A program made the position numbers and the translations under genes. The notes beneath the pieces were generated by a model, which was not told the origin of the DNA, did no database searches, and was given only the letters and a program-made list of their open reading frames with translations. This document shows, in pieces, positions 20,971 through 31,351 of a DNA stretch of 64,000 bases; the first letter of the stretch is position 1; every line of letters starts with the position of its first letter. The stretch covers positions 64,001 to 128,000 of the IMG/VR virus record IMGVR_UViG_3300032753_000003. One strand, written 5' to 3'. Source of the stretch: a virus.

Positions 20971-23291
20971 ACCAATCAGAATTAGATAAAATCTATTTAG
21001 AAAAATTAAAATCTTGTGAAAATTATATTGAGCGAATATCGTTACTCAACAACAGCGATTGTCCTCTATGGTTGATTGAATTATATTGCACTGCTGACAT
21101 AGAGTTTGATGTTGCAAAAGCCGCAGCGCTGGATCCAAGAGCCTTACATTCCTGGGTTATGGTTGCAATCAACAGATTTCCAAACCTCAATAACGACAAC
21201 TTTTGGAAAACTAAAAAAAATCGTTTAGAAGTATATAATCGACTTCTCGAAATAAAACAGCTTGAAGACGAAGCAGGCCCAAACATGTCTGGTGATCGAG
21301 ATCAGATTATCATGGAACATATAAAGAAAGTAGATGATATTAAAAAGACCATTGGACATGCAGAAGCGCATCTTGGTACTTTCGAATTAAAAAATGATTT
21401 AACATTAGTAAATTCAGATATACCTTGGGCCGAAACTGATAAATTTAGAATAGCTTTGGTAATGGCACCTGCATGGGGTATTTTATTTCCCCCGTATAAC
21501 ATAGCAAAATTAACTGGGCTTTTGAGAAATGATGGTTACAGTGTTAAAGTATATGACCTCAATATAGAATCATATTATCATTTGTTAAAGCAAACCAATC
21601 AAGATTTTTGGAGATCTGAAAAATATTTTCTTTGGGTAAATGAACAAAATTTTGAAAAATATATTTTACCTTATTTAGAGTCACTTTTTTTTGAAACTAT
21701 AAAAAACATTGTCAGTTCAAACCCAAAAGTCATTGGATTTAGTGTATACAATACCAATTTATATGCAACATGGTATTTGATTAAAGAAATTAGACTAGCA
21801 TTGCCCGATGTATGTATAATAGTAGGTGGTCCTGAAATCGCTACAATGCCGGGGTCAATGGCGCGTTCATTGGTTAATTATATATTTGTGGGCGAAGCTG
21901 AAGAAAATCTATTAAATGTATTAAAAGAAATAGCTGATCAAACAACTTATCCGATAGATAAAACTATTGGGTCTACTGCAAGCCGACTCAATTTAGATCA
22001 GTTTCCCTATCCCGACTATACTGATTATAATTTAAATAATTATTTGCATCAGGACGGCGTTAGCATAGAAACGTCTCGAGGATGTGTTGCACAATGCAGT
22101 TTTTGCGCAGAAACATATTTTTGGAAATTTCGCAGTATGTCACCCGAAAGAGTAGTTGATGAGATAGAATATCAACTAAACAAACACGGTATAAAAAGAT
22201 TTTGGTTTGTTGATAGTTTGGTTAATGGAAATCTTAAAAATTTCTCAAAGGTAGTAGATTTGATAATAGAAAGAAATTTAAAGATTGACTGGAATAGCTA
22301 TGCTCGATGTGATGGTAGAATGACTGCAGATTTCTTAAAACGTGTAAATCAAAGCGGATGTACTTGTTTAAGTTTTGGTGTAGAGTCTGGCAGTCAAAAA
22401 GTACTAAATGATATGCGTAAAAAAATAGAAATTTGGGAAATAGAAAACAATCTTAGAGACGGACACAACGCTGGCATGTTTAATCATGTCAATTGGATTG
22501 TGGGATTTCCCACAGAAGAACCAATTGATTGGTTACATAGTCTGCAATTGCTCTATAATTGCAAGGATTGGATAAGCTCAATAAGTCCCGGCTTCACCGC
22601 TGGACCTGCCGAATCTAGTCATACACATACACATTGGCAACTGTATGATATACAATGGAAAGAAAAACCCTGGGACAATAAATTTTTAGACTCTTGGTAT
22701 ACTGGTGATTATAACAATACAAAATTACATAGATTTATAAGACTTAAATTAACACATGTCTGGTTAGAACTAATTGAAAACCATACTTCGGGTATCATTG
22801 TAGATGGCCAAAAAGATGAAAGAATTAAAGACTTTTTTACATTTTCAGTTTCAAAACCTACGTCGGTCGTTTACATACCATGTGAAAATTTTGTCAAGTT
22901 AGATAGGGTATCTAATGATACTTTTAGCAAGAAGATTATGAATGAGTATTTTGCATTCCTTTACGCATTATACATATACTTTGGTGAATGTGAGTTTGAA
23001 TTTACTTGCGATAAAAATAGAGATTTAACTGTGTTTGGTAATTATCTAGCATCAGTATATAACTGTAACCTAAAATTCAAAATTGATTCAAACGGAAATT
23101 ATAAAATTAATATCAAACACAACCTAATACATGACACAGACGATGATAGACTCAAACAAATATATGCTATCGAAAGAGAAAGAAAAGATATGAGTTTTAA
23201 TGATTCATATTTTCATGTAGGTAATATTAACGATTGGAAAACAACTATAAATCAAACTAAAGAAACTATACACGCTGCATATAGAAAATAA
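20967..23291 (+). CDS. B12-binding-domain radical SAM protein (class B methyltransferase-like)
   Basis: PPYNIAKL..LR.DG.SV.VYDLN, IIVGGP, SRGC...CSFC.E, FGVESGS. Confidence 0.85.
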   Translation: MNQSELDKIYLEKLKSCENYIERISLLNNSDCPLWLIELYCTADIEFDVAKAAALDPRALHSWVMVAINRFPNLNNDNFWKTKKNRLEVYNRLLEIKQLEDEAGPNMSGDRDQIIMEHIKKVDDIKKTIGHAEAHLGTFELKNDLTLVNSDIPWAETDKFRIALVMAPAWGILFPPYNIAKLTGLLRNDGYSVKVYDLNIESYYHLLKQTNQDFWRSEKYFLWVNEQNFEKYILPYLESLFFETIKNIVSSNPKVIGFSVYNTNLYATWYLIKEIRLALPDVCIIVGGPEIATMPGSMARSLVNYIFVGEAEENLLNVLKEIADQTTYPIDKTIGSTASRLNLDQFPYPDYTDYNLNNYLHQDGVSIETSRGCVAQCSFCAETYFWKFRSMSPERVVDEIEYQLNKHGIKRFWFVDSLVNGNLKNFSKVVDLIIERNLKIDWNSYARCDGRMTADFLKRVNQSGCTCLSFGVESGSQKVLNDMRKKIEIWEIENNLRDGHNAGMFNHVNWIVGFPTEEPIDWLHSLQLLYNCKDWISSISPGFTAGPAESSHTHTHWQLYDIQWKEKPWDNKFLDSWYTGDYNNTKLHRFIRLKLTHVWLELIENHTSGIIVDGQKDERIKDFFTFSVSKPTSVVYIPCENFVKLDRVSNDTFSKKIMNEYFAFLYALYIYFGECEFEFTCDKNRDLTVFGNYLASVYNCNLKFKIDSNGNYKINIKHNLIHDTDDDRLKQIYAIERERKDMSFNDSYFHVGNINDWKTTINQTKETIHAAYRK

Positions 23292-23316
23292 ATCAAACAA
23301 CAGGTTGAGATAATAT

Positions 23317-24630
23317 ATGACTAATACTATTTGTTCGTTACCGTGGCACCATCTTTCATTACAACAAAACGGAGATTATAGAATCTGTTGCCAGATGATA
23401 CATCATCCTTTTGGAAAATTAAATACTGATAACAACGATTATTTGAATATTAAAAACACCAGCATGAATGATGTTAGAAACCATGAGATATTGAAAGAAC
23501 TTAGAAAAAGCATGTTGAATGGAGAACAACACAGTTTGTGCAATTTGTGTTGGACGGAGGAAGCAAGCGGGTTAAATTCGAAAAGAATTTTTATGAATAA
23601 TCAAATACCGAGCGATCATATACAATATATGATCAATAATACTGATCAAGATGGATAAATAGATCCAAATTTATTTCCAATTAGTTATTATGATATAAGA
23701 TTTGGAAATCTCTGTAATCTAAAATGCAGAAGTTGCAGTGCAAGTGATAGCTCGCTGTGGTATGAAGACCATGAGAAGTTAACTGGTTCAAATAATTTTT
23801 GGTTTTATGGTAGAGAAAATTACTATAAAATAATCAATAACAACAATACCTATGATGTAAATTTTGATGATTTCAAATGGTATGAAGATGAAAACTTTTG
23901 GAATGAATTTAAATCAAATATACATAATACAGAAATTGTTTATATAACAGGTGGCGAACCAACAATAAACAAAGCACATTTTAGATTGTTAGATTTGTGC
24001 ATATCAGAAGGTGCTGCACATAATATCAAACTTGAATATAATTCAAATATGTTTGCTGTACCTGATAAACTTTATAACCTATGGAAAAATTTTAAACATG
24101 TATCTATTGGGTGCAGCATCGATGGTAAAGACAAAATGGCAAATTATCTCAGACCGCCAAGCACCTGGGATAGATTAGAAAAAAATCTAAATAAATTAGA
24201 TTCAAGTGATAATCAAAATATAACTGCCGCTATAAGCACCACAGTGAGCGTGTATAATGTTTTACATTTTTTAGATTTCACTGATTGGCTATTGTCTAAG
24301 GAATATAAAATTATAGGGAATATACCAGTATTTCATATGTTAGACGGTCCGCATCGTTATAGCGTACAGGTGCTACCAAAAGACGTAAAAAAGAAAATCA
24401 CTAAAACTTATGAAAATTACTACAATCGAGTAAAAAGTAAATTTGGTATTACAATATCTAGAGAAATTGAAAGCACGTACTCTGGTATTATCAACTATAT
24501 GAACTTAGAGGATAAATCCAACCTATTACCTAAACTAGCAGATTCAACCTATCGTTTGGATGCAATAAGAAATCAACAACTAGCAGATGTAATTCCTTGG
24601 TTAGATGAAATACTAAAAAATTTTGTATAA
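23317..24630 (+). pseudogene. twitch-domain radical SAM protein with one in-frame TAA (23656-23658)
   Basis: Frame stays open after the TAA: IDPN..DIRFGNLCNLKCRSC..TGGEP and runs into ORF 23986..24630. Confidence 0.85.
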
Positions 24631-24804
24631 TACGTGGTTGACCTCTTAACATTCAGATGCTAGTGTTCATCATAGTTAAGAGGACAGCACATGAAGTTCG
24701 ATGTACCGTTGATTATATACGAGCATCCTACTAAGGAATATTGGAAAAGCATGTATTCCAATGCCTTCCAAGCAAAAGAGGCTGCGTGAAGTAGAACTGA
24801 TCCC

Positions 24805-25107
24805 ATGCACGAAACTGATGAAGAGCGAATCCGTCGTCTCATAAAATATGTTAAAAGCCAGTCTGTCAACTTTGATAGGAGGAAAAACGACATTCTAGCT
24901 GCTAAAAAGTGGTGTTTGGAAAACGTAGGCGAACAGCGAAGCCAGCATCCAATTTGGGAGGCAGCAGAAGGGTGGCTGGATTTCTTTGAGGGCGACTGGG
25001 CTGTAGATTCATATTACTACCTCGAACCCAATCAAAATAATATTGCATCATTTTGGTTTTCTCGTACAGAAGATCGCGTGCAGTTTCAGTTGATATGGGG
25101 TAGTTGA
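24805..25107 (+). CDS. small hypothetical protein
   Basis: C-terminal F....D...F.L.W motif. Confidence 0.65.
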   Translation: MHETDEERIRRLIKYVKSQSVNFDRRKNDILAAKKWCLENVGEQRSQHPIWEAAEGWLDFFEGDWAVDSYYYLEPNQNNIASFWFSRTEDRVQFQLIWGS

Positions 25108-25161
25108 CATTGCTTCATATTAAAATTATCATTAATTCTAACAGTAGAGAGGTAATATCAA

Positions 25162-25509
25162 GTGTGGGTATTCATTAATGACGCATTTTACAGTATTGTA
25201 GATCCCAGCCGAGGTTCGGGTGACAAGCTATTAGTTAGGGCTAGATTTCCGGGCGATATCAAAAGGAATTTCCCAAACGCAGTTGAAGTACAGTTGCCCA
25301 ACAGGGATTATGCCTATCGAGCAGAAGTTGACAGAAACCAAGTTGCTGCTGTTATTGCTAACCATGTTGCTAATATCAAGTATGACAATTTCAAAGACAG
25401 TGTGAGAGAACACTGGCGTCACGATGCATATGCAGATGTGTGGGCAGTGTTGTATCGAGAACAGCACCGTCGCAGCATGAAGAATAAGGAACTCAATACG
25501 GTAGGATGA
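25162..25509 (+). CDS. conserved hypothetical phage protein
   Basis: MWVF..F.SIV, LLVRAR, DY.YR, Y.NFK pattern; GAGG RBS. Confidence 0.7.
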   Translation: MWVFINDAFYSIVDPSRGSGDKLLVRARFPGDIKRNFPNAVEVQLPNRDYAYRAEVDRNQVAAVIANHVANIKYDNFKDSVREHWRHDAYADVWAVLYREQHRRSMKNKELNTVG

Positions 25510-26003
25510 TAACTCATATATTGCATACAGGAGTGGTGCATGCCAGCACCATTCAACCATCATCTGATACCGTAGTGATTAGCATATTAGATTATAACAG
25601 CCGGCATCCTAGACCCAACTTCTCAGGTTTTAGAGACTCGCTGTCACTGTGTTTCAAAGATCGTTGCGAAGAAGATTATGGGGTCAAATCCCATTGGCCT
25701 GACGAGATACCAGACAACTTGCAGGCGTTCTATACGGGAGACGAGTTAGAACGTATATGTAATCTAAGTGATGCAGAGAAGATCTTGAGATTCTTTGACA
25801 AACATCACCGTGATCCTCAACCTATAAATTTGGTTGCGCATTGCAAAAGTGGAGTTGGTCGTAGTGCTGCTATCGCACATTGGTTTGGAACAGTATATGG
25901 CATTAGCTATCACGGAACAGATTTGAGAAAACGTTTCAATCCCAATCCCAGGGTAATTCGTATGCTCAACAAAGCGTACAATCAATTACACAAAACAGTG
26001 TAA
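25506..26003 (+). CDS. protein-tyrosine/dual-specificity phosphatase-like protein
   Basis: HCKSGVGRS = CX5R active-site loop. Confidence 0.8.
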   Translation: MITHILHTGVVHASTIQPSSDTVVISILDYNSRHPRPNFSGFRDSLSLCFKDRCEEDYGVKSHWPDEIPDNLQAFYTGDELERICNLSDAEKILRFFDKHHRDPQPINLVAHCKSGVGRSAAIAHWFGTVYGISYHGTDLRKRFNPNPRVIRMLNKAYNQLHKTV

Positions 26004-26010
26004 ATACTGT

Positions 26011-26481
26011 ATGCTGATAAATGAGATAATGAAAGAGCCTTTCACCAATTGGTCCTTCCCAAATGAAGCAACCATGCAGGCAGATTTCAAAGAATACAAA
26101 AAGAAGGAAACTAGCAAATGGCAAGGTCGTGCCAGCAGTATGGGGTTCCGTTTCCCTATCTTTGATACCTTTGACGATTTCTCAAATGCTCTAAGATCAG
26201 CCGAAGTTATCACGCTAACTCCCCAGCATGATTCGCGTATAGCCAATCGTAGTCATACCAGTAATATAGACGACCTTAAATCTCTAGTTGGCAGCTATGT
26301 TAGACCGAGAGATGTAGATAGGATCGTGCATGGATTTGAGAGCAATGCACCAATTCCCATGCCCATTGTGTTAAAAGGTCGCAAAGGTGAATGGATAATG
26401 GCAGGTAATACACGTTTAGACACTGCATTTATTCTAGGCGTAAATCCCATTAAAATTTTGTTAGTTGACGTCAGCGCTTAG
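26011..26481 (+). CDS. ParB/Srx-like protein with MLINEI N-terminus
   Basis: PIV.....IMAGNTRL motif; TAAATA upstream. Confidence 0.5.
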   Translation: MLINEIMKEPFTNWSFPNEATMQADFKEYKKKETSKWQGRASSMGFRFPIFDTFDDFSNALRSAEVITLTPQHDSRIANRSHTSNIDDLKSLVGSYVRPRDVDRIVHGFESNAPIPMPIVLKGRKGEWIMAGNTRLDTAFILGVNPIKILLVDVSA

Positions 26482-26520
26482 TGGTGCTATATTCTGCTCA
26501 CATTGCTACAGAGGTGAGCT

Positions 26521-26700
26521 ATGCTGTTGACCGAAAAACGCTTGCAGACGCTGGTTGATCTTGCTACTGAATACGCCAAAAGCAAGAATCTCTGTGTTAC
26601 AGAATATCTACGTGGAATACTCAACCCCGATACGCTGGGCAATGTAGATGCTGGCGTTATTGTTGAGACGCTAATCCGTTATCACAAAGAATGGAAGTGA
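26521..26700 (+). CDS. hypothetical protein (59 aa, absent from ORF track)
   Basis: GAGGTG RBS, ATG..TGA open frame. Confidence 0.6.
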   Translation: MLLTEKRLQTLVDLATEYAKSKNLCVTEYLRGILNPDTLGNVDAGVIVETLIRYHKEWK

Positions 26701-26712
26701 AAGGACTCTAAC

Positions 26713-27047
26713 ATGCCCTGCCGTACAGATGATTATTATTATGATGACTCTACTCGTATTTCAGCTTTTGAGCTCCGTGAATATAAGATTGCCAAAGCAA
26801 CTTTGTGCATGTTGTTTACCCATTACGGTATCCACACGCTGATTAATGAACAGATTACGCCTGCTGAATTAAAGGAAGCCGGTGTTAAAAAGGGAGAAAT
26901 TTTTGGTTGGTGGAACCGGCACGAAAAAGAAGATCGGGCGCGGCGCGAACGCGAGCGTGTGCTGAGCATGAAAAGCGCGAGAAGACCAAAGCTGCTCTTG
27001 CCAAACTTACACCGGAAGAACGTGCTTTGCTGGGCCTTAAAAGCTAG
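26713..27047 (+). CDS. hypothetical protein; probable frameshift near 26955-26962
   Basis: Alternative frame gives AEHEKREKTKAALAKLTPEERALLGLKS*, a typical phage C-terminus. Confidence 0.6.
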
Positions 27048-27080
27048 TAATTTACGTTGATAAGCAGTGCTGTCTTTTTG

Positions 27081-27109
27081 GTTGACAGCACCGCTACAGA
27101 TGCTATTGT
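27081..27109 (+). promoter_or_regulatory. early promoter, same consensus
   Basis: gttgacagcaccgctacagatgctattgt. Confidence 0.8.
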
Positions 27110-27134
27110 GGGACATCAAACGAGGAGCTAGGTC

Positions 27135-27626
27135 ATGAAGCATACCGTTGAAAGCATCAAGCATCTTCTCGCTACCAATGACAAGGCAGTGGGCCGCGCG
27201 CTGATTGTGCTGCGCAACCGCCAGACTGTTGACGAACGTAGCTCCGAAACTACCCGGCATCTCAACGGCCGTGGGTTCCGTCCCTGCCATGCGCGGATGG
27301 GTACTTCGATGGCTAACTTTTTTGAGAGCCGCGGGTATCTTACTGCCAAGCAGGTTGCCTATTGGCGAGTGGCTATGGCTGACGGCAATAGCCGCATTGA
27401 GATCTACGCTCGCCAGTTGCTGGAAGAGGCTGAAGTCAAGGCCAAAGCTGCTGCTAAGGTTCAGCAGGATGCAATTGATCCCGATACCATGAACAAGATG
27501 CAGTGGGACGCTATGCGCGCGGAACGTGAGATGCAGAGCATGGAAGCCGAGTGGGATCGTGCCCAAACTGTTCGCGATGAAATGAACAAGTGGGCTGCGC
27601 GCGAATACATGGAAAGGGCTGCCTAA
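27135..27626 (+). CDS. conserved hypothetical early protein
   Basis: Follows early promoter, GAGG RBS, GC3-rich codons. Confidence 0.75.
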   Translation: MKHTVESIKHLLATNDKAVGRALIVLRNRQTVDERSSETTRHLNGRGFRPCHARMGTSMANFFESRGYLTAKQVAYWRVAMADGNSRIEIYARQLLEEAEVKAKAAAKVQQDAIDPDTMNKMQWDAMRAEREMQSMEAEWDRAQTVRDEMNKWAAREYMERAA

Positions 27627-27659
27627 TGAATACTTCGGCGTTCAGGTGGTATTGTTTTT

Positions 27660-27962
27660 ATGCGTGGGAAAGGCAGCATAACTTTCCCAACGATGCAAAC
27701 GACTGTGATTACATGCACAGTATTGTCTGGTGCTAGGAGAAGCAACATGCTCAAGGACCACACTCATAACAATATACAAGAAGCATTTGTACGTGTCTGC
27801 CAAGACAGTGGGTGGAAAATGAGTCATATTGATGCGGCTATATTCACCGCAAAAGTTCTCAACATACATCCACTTGAAGTATGGATTGCATTCTCTTCTC
27901 TTGATGCAATGGCACAGATAGCCAATCATTCTCACCCATACGTTGCACAAATGCGCAAATAA
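27660..27962 (+). CDS. hypothetical protein (true start probably internal)
   Basis: ORF with AGGA RBS before MLKDH. Confidence 0.5.
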   Translation: MRGKGSITFPTMQTTVITCTVLSGARRSNMLKDHTHNNIQEAFVRVCQDSGWKMSHIDAAIFTAKVLNIHPLEVWIAFSSLDAMAQIANHSHPYVAQMRK

Positions 27963-28032
27963 TTAGCGCATAGGATCTTGACAAATCCGCAACAAATGCT
28001 AATATTATCCTACGGTAGAAGGAGAACCAATC

Positions 28033-28257
28033 ATGCATTACAAATATAATGGTCTAAACCCGATTGCCGAAGCTGAATTCACTGTGGCCCAGCGCATGGC
28101 AGCATACGATGCTCTACCTGCTGAAGTTCGACGCTTGCTGTGGACTCTCAATGACCTGTTGGACTACGGAAACAATACGCAGTCTGATATCGTTGATCTT
28201 CTCTTGGTCAATGAAAATATCAATCCCAGCATCAACCGCAGAGAGATGCAGGAGTAA
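28033..28257 (+). CDS. hypothetical protein
   Basis: AAGGAG RBS after TTGACA promoter. Confidence 0.65.
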   Translation: MHYKYNGLNPIAEAEFTVAQRMAAYDALPAEVRRLLWTLNDLLDYGNNTQSDIVDLLLVNENINPSINRREMQE

Positions 28258-28271
28258 ATGCGAGTGTAAAA

Positions 28272-28526
28272 ATGGCGTATCAAATCGTCCAGTGCGAGGT
28301 TCTTTGGGACGCTGTCTACTATGTCAGCGGCAATGAAAGTGTAGGTACGCCGTATTCGTTAGGGTATTTTGAAACAGAAGGCGATGCATGCCGTGCATTT
28401 GCCGAAGCTGGGTTTACCCGACACGAAAATAATTCTTGGCGCAGACCATATTCGAGTGGTTATGTGTCGAGAATATTGAGGGAGATTAAAAGATGTGGCG
28501 GAAACCTTATGGATATGAATCGTTAA
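28272..28526 (+). CDS. hypothetical protein
   Basis: 84 aa ORF in operon. Confidence 0.5.
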   Translation: MAYQIVQCEVLWDAVYYVSGNESVGTPYSLGYFETEGDACRAFAEAGFTRHENNSWRRPYSSGYVSRILREIKRCGGNLMDMNR

Positions 28527-28750
28527 GTACCAGTGAATTATCTAAACATGTTGCTGAAGGTAAGGCAGAATTAGAAAAAGTTGCAACAAAAGCCGTTAAG
28601 GTTGATGATATGATTGCGAATCTAGAACAAAAACTTAGAGAGTTCAAACTTTTAAAACTCAGTTTGTTTGAAGATACGAAAAATATCGTCATGGACCTAG
28701 ACGAAGTGTCAGAGCTTTATAAACTTAGGAACGCATTTAAGGATTTATGA
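28493..28750 (+). CDS. coiled-coil hypothetical protein
   Basis: GAGG RBS, heptad-like K/E/L pattern. Confidence 0.55.
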   Translation: MWRKPYGYESLSTSELSKHVAEGKAELEKVATKAVKVDDMIANLEQKLREFKLLKLSLFEDTKNIVMDLDEVSELYKLRNAFKDL

Positions 28751-28753
28751 TCA

Positions 28754-29128
28754 ATGGCCAAGGAAGTTAAACCTCGGGAACGAGGCTATCTCAAGCGATC
28801 CAATCTAGAATTTAATGGTGTTTGGACGGTTGACGGAAATAGTATTCATTCTGTCATCGTTCGAGCACTGGAATTCTTTGAAACACATCGCATCGTCAAA
28901 GACAAGGATGTTACAGAATATTTTAATGTAGCATACACAATCGAGCGGCTACATGCTAGTGAACGTCATTGGAACCCAGATATCATTAGGTCGTGGATTG
29001 ACATGTTCCACGACTATATGTCTAGTGCAGTGTATCTAGACGCATTCCATGGTACACAGGGTGGTGAGAAACCAAAGTTCAAAGCTGCAGAGTCTGTGTT
29101 TGCAGAGTTCCAGAAAACATTTGCCTAA
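28754..29128 (+). CDS. hypothetical protein
   Basis: 124 aa ORF. Confidence 0.65.
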   Translation: MAKEVKPRERGYLKRSNLEFNGVWTVDGNSIHSVIVRALEFFETHRIVKDKDVTEYFNVAYTIERLHASERHWNPDIIRSWIDMFHDYMSSAVYLDAFHGTQGGEKPKFKAAESVFAEFQKTFA

Positions 29129-29136
29129 GGTAAACT

Positions 29137-29559
29137 GTGATGAAGTTAGTGGTTTGTTACGGCCATGGATCAGAAGGATCCGGATGTTGGACAGAAAATA
29201 TCTGTGTGGAATATGAAAGCAAGGATCACTTCCTTGTGGCATTTATTGACGGATTTGAAGCTTGGGGCAAGCGCCGCAAGCTAGAGAATCAATACCGGTC
29301 CAAGATTGCCCTTGTCCGAGCATCTCGCAATCAGGACAAGGTTAGTGCTGCCATAGATGAATATTCAGAGTTTTTGAAGTCTAAAAACAGCTACGATTAT
29401 GACTTAATTGTAGACGGGGCTGTCTTTGACTATTTTGAAGACTACGAATACGATAGCAAGACAGGCGAATACACTATTATATCATTACCAAATGTTTATG
29501 ATCTTGACGAATGGTTTGAACTCAATCGACCAAAGACAATACAAGGGGCATCTAAATGA
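29137..29559 (+). CDS. hypothetical protein
   Basis: 140 aa ORF. Confidence 0.65.
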   Translation: MMKLVVCYGHGSEGSGCWTENICVEYESKDHFLVAFIDGFEAWGKRRKLENQYRSKIALVRASRNQDKVSAAIDEYSEFLKSKNSYDYDLIVDGAVFDYFEDYEYDSKTGEYTIISLPNVYDLDEWFELNRPKTIQGASK

Positions 29560-29741
29560 CTGACAAAACAGATACATCAACCGAGACCGTGTTGTCGCAG
29601 ATTGCAATGATGAAGGACGGCTTGCTGCCTTGGACTGTAAATGTGATACGTGCTCTGTTGACTGAACGAGATGCGCTAGCAGCTCAGCTAGCAGTAACAG
29701 AACAAACTACTTTTGAAAAAAGTACAAAAGAAAACAAGTAA
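29556..29741 (+). CDS. hypothetical protein
   Basis: Coupled start/stop. Confidence 0.55.
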   Translation: MTDKTDTSTETVLSQIAMMKDGLLPWTVNVIRALLTERDALAAQLAVTEQTTFEKSTKENK

Positions 29742-29770
29742 TTACAATTTAAAATTGTATAATTTTTATG

Positions 29771-29799
29771 GTTGACAAACGGTCTATAGATGCTATTGT
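29771..29799 (+). promoter_or_regulatory. early promoter, same consensus
   Basis: gttgacaaacggtctatagatgctattgt. Confidence 0.8.
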
Positions 29800-30038
29800 T
29801 CCTAAACGATAGGGAGAGCACGACGGAACGCACCGTTCATTTTGTGGGATTTAGAGGCGATGAATACACAGCCGCAGTGCGTGTTTTTGGTCGTCCAAAT
29901 TTTATCCATCGCATTTGGGATATTAGGGCTGCGGCTGAGATTCAGCCCGAAGATCTTGTGGTATTCGCGCGCGAAAAAGACTGGGCAAACCTGCGGAAGC
30001 CCAACAAATTCGCGTTCGATGACAGTGCAGCGATGTGA
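29790..30038 (+). CDS. hypothetical protein
   Basis: After early promoter; VHFVGFRGDEY..A.RVFG.P.F.HR.WD pattern. Confidence 0.6.
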   Translation: MLLFLNDRESTTERTVHFVGFRGDEYTAAVRVFGRPNFIHRIWDIRAAAEIQPEDLVVFAREKDWANLRKPNKFAFDDSAAM

Positions 30039-30094
30039 ATAGTAATTCACAAACTGTGCTGTTTAATCTAAAAGTAAAAATCCGCAGAATAGTG

Positions 30095-30123
30095 GTTGAC
30101 AAAATGCGTTAAGATGCTAATGT
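30095..30123 (+). promoter_or_regulatory. early promoter, same consensus
   Basis: gttgacaaaatgcgttaagatgctaatgt. Confidence 0.8.
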
Positions 30124-30156
30124 ACAGCATAGGCGCTCAAACTTAGGAGTTAATGA

Positions 30157-30657
30157 ATGGATAAGGTATTTGCAGTTGCCGGTGTTTCCACCCTTGAGGG
30201 TGTTGTTAAGGCTCGCTTTGCCAAGGACTTGGCTCGCGTGAAGGTGCTTGAGAAGAACGGCCATACGGCAATCCGTTTGGTCGAGCTCCCCAATGAGATG
30301 ACCAAGGATGCTGCGCTGTCGTGGCTGCGCGGCCACAAGGACTTCCAGGATGCTGCCGCACAGGCTGCGCTGGTTCCCGAGGACACGGCTGCTGCTAAGC
30401 CTGTCAAGGCTGCTAAGCCGTCGTCGGAACCTAAGGCCAAGGCTGAACCCAAGGCCAAGCCCGAGAAGGCTGTTGCCAAGGCGGCGGCGCCCAAGGCCAA
30501 GACTGAGCCCAAGGTGACTTCGGATGTTGAGGCTATCCGTGCTAAGAATCGCGAGGCCATGAAGGCTGCATTCGACAAGTTCAAGGAACAGCAGGTTGAG
30601 GCAACCGAAGGTACTGATGCTGCTGCAACTGATCACATGCCGGGCGTCCTCAAGTAA
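30157..30657 (+). CDS. highly expressed early protein with histone H1-like Pro/Ala/Lys-rich tail
   Basis: Own promoter, AGGAG RBS, terminator; AAKP/EPKAK repeats. Confidence 0.75.
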   Translation: MDKVFAVAGVSTLEGVVKARFAKDLARVKVLEKNGHTAIRLVELPNEMTKDAALSWLRGHKDFQDAAAQAALVPEDTAAAKPVKAAKPSSEPKAKAEPKAKPEKAVAKAAAPKAKTEPKVTSDVEAIRAKNREAMKAAFDKFKEQQVEATEGTDAAATDHMPGVLK

Positions 30658-30671
30658 GGTCCTTAGCAATC

Positions 30672-30694
30672 AAGGAGGGACTAGATCCCTCCTT
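30672..30694. terminator. hairpin terminator
   Basis: aaggaggga-ctaga-tccctcctt 9 bp stem after 30657 stop. Confidence 0.6.
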
Positions 30695-30714
30695 CCTCAT
30701 GGACGAATGGTCAA

Positions 30715-31344
30715 ATGAGTCAAGACTTAGAGCAACTGTTAGAACAGTATAAACACGCTCTGCAGCACTATGCAGCTATCCCGGGCGAAGTTGGTGCTAG
30801 GGCTAGGGTAGCTCTAGATGGGCCTTTGGCTGTCATGGACAGTCCTTACCTCATTAGATATAACGCTGAACTGAATTACAATCCCAATTTTGGCGACAAT
30901 CGCAAATGCAAATGTGGTCATCCATACTTCAGACACTTTGATCCATATGAAGACAATCGTGCAGTTGGATGCAAATACTGTCACTGTTATACATTTGTAT
31001 GTGAATCAATTGACACTACCTGGAAGCTGTTCCTAGATGATGAACGCGATCCAGTTGATGACAGTTGGATAGTGTGCCGTACTGTATTAACTGCTATAGG
31101 TGAATGTACTGCAAGAGGCTTACCAACCTATATCAACTTTGATCATGATCTCGGTAACAGCGGTAACGATCATCCCATGTTCAAAGACGGCATAGGATTT
31201 GCTCACTGGATGATTGAAGAGGTGCTAAATGACAGATGGACTTTGCCCAAAAACTTTGATTGGTATGTGCATAGCCAGAACCCCATTGGTGCAGAAAACA
31301 TCAATGCGTTGATGCACAATTGGATGCGATCGCTGGGGAGATAA
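30715..31344 (+). CDS. Zn-ribbon + cyclic-phosphate processing receiver-like domain protein
   Basis: C.CGH..HF..GC.YC.C; LFLDDERDP, FDHDLG, HSQNPIG motifs. Confidence 0.65.
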   Translation: MSQDLEQLLEQYKHALQHYAAIPGEVGARARVALDGPLAVMDSPYLIRYNAELNYNPNFGDNRKCKCGHPYFRHFDPYEDNRAVGCKYCHCYTFVCESIDTTWKLFLDDERDPVDDSWIVCRTVLTAIGECTARGLPTYINFDHDLGNSGNDHPMFKDGIGFAHWMIEEVLNDRWTLPKNFDWYVHSQNPIGAENINALMHNWMRSLGR

Positions 31345-31351
31345 ATATTCC

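Noticed and set aside
26823-30669. Long antisense ORFs (26823..27566, 30109..30669, 30150..30584)
   Set aside because: Mirror ORFs caused by GC3-rich codon bias of the sense genes.
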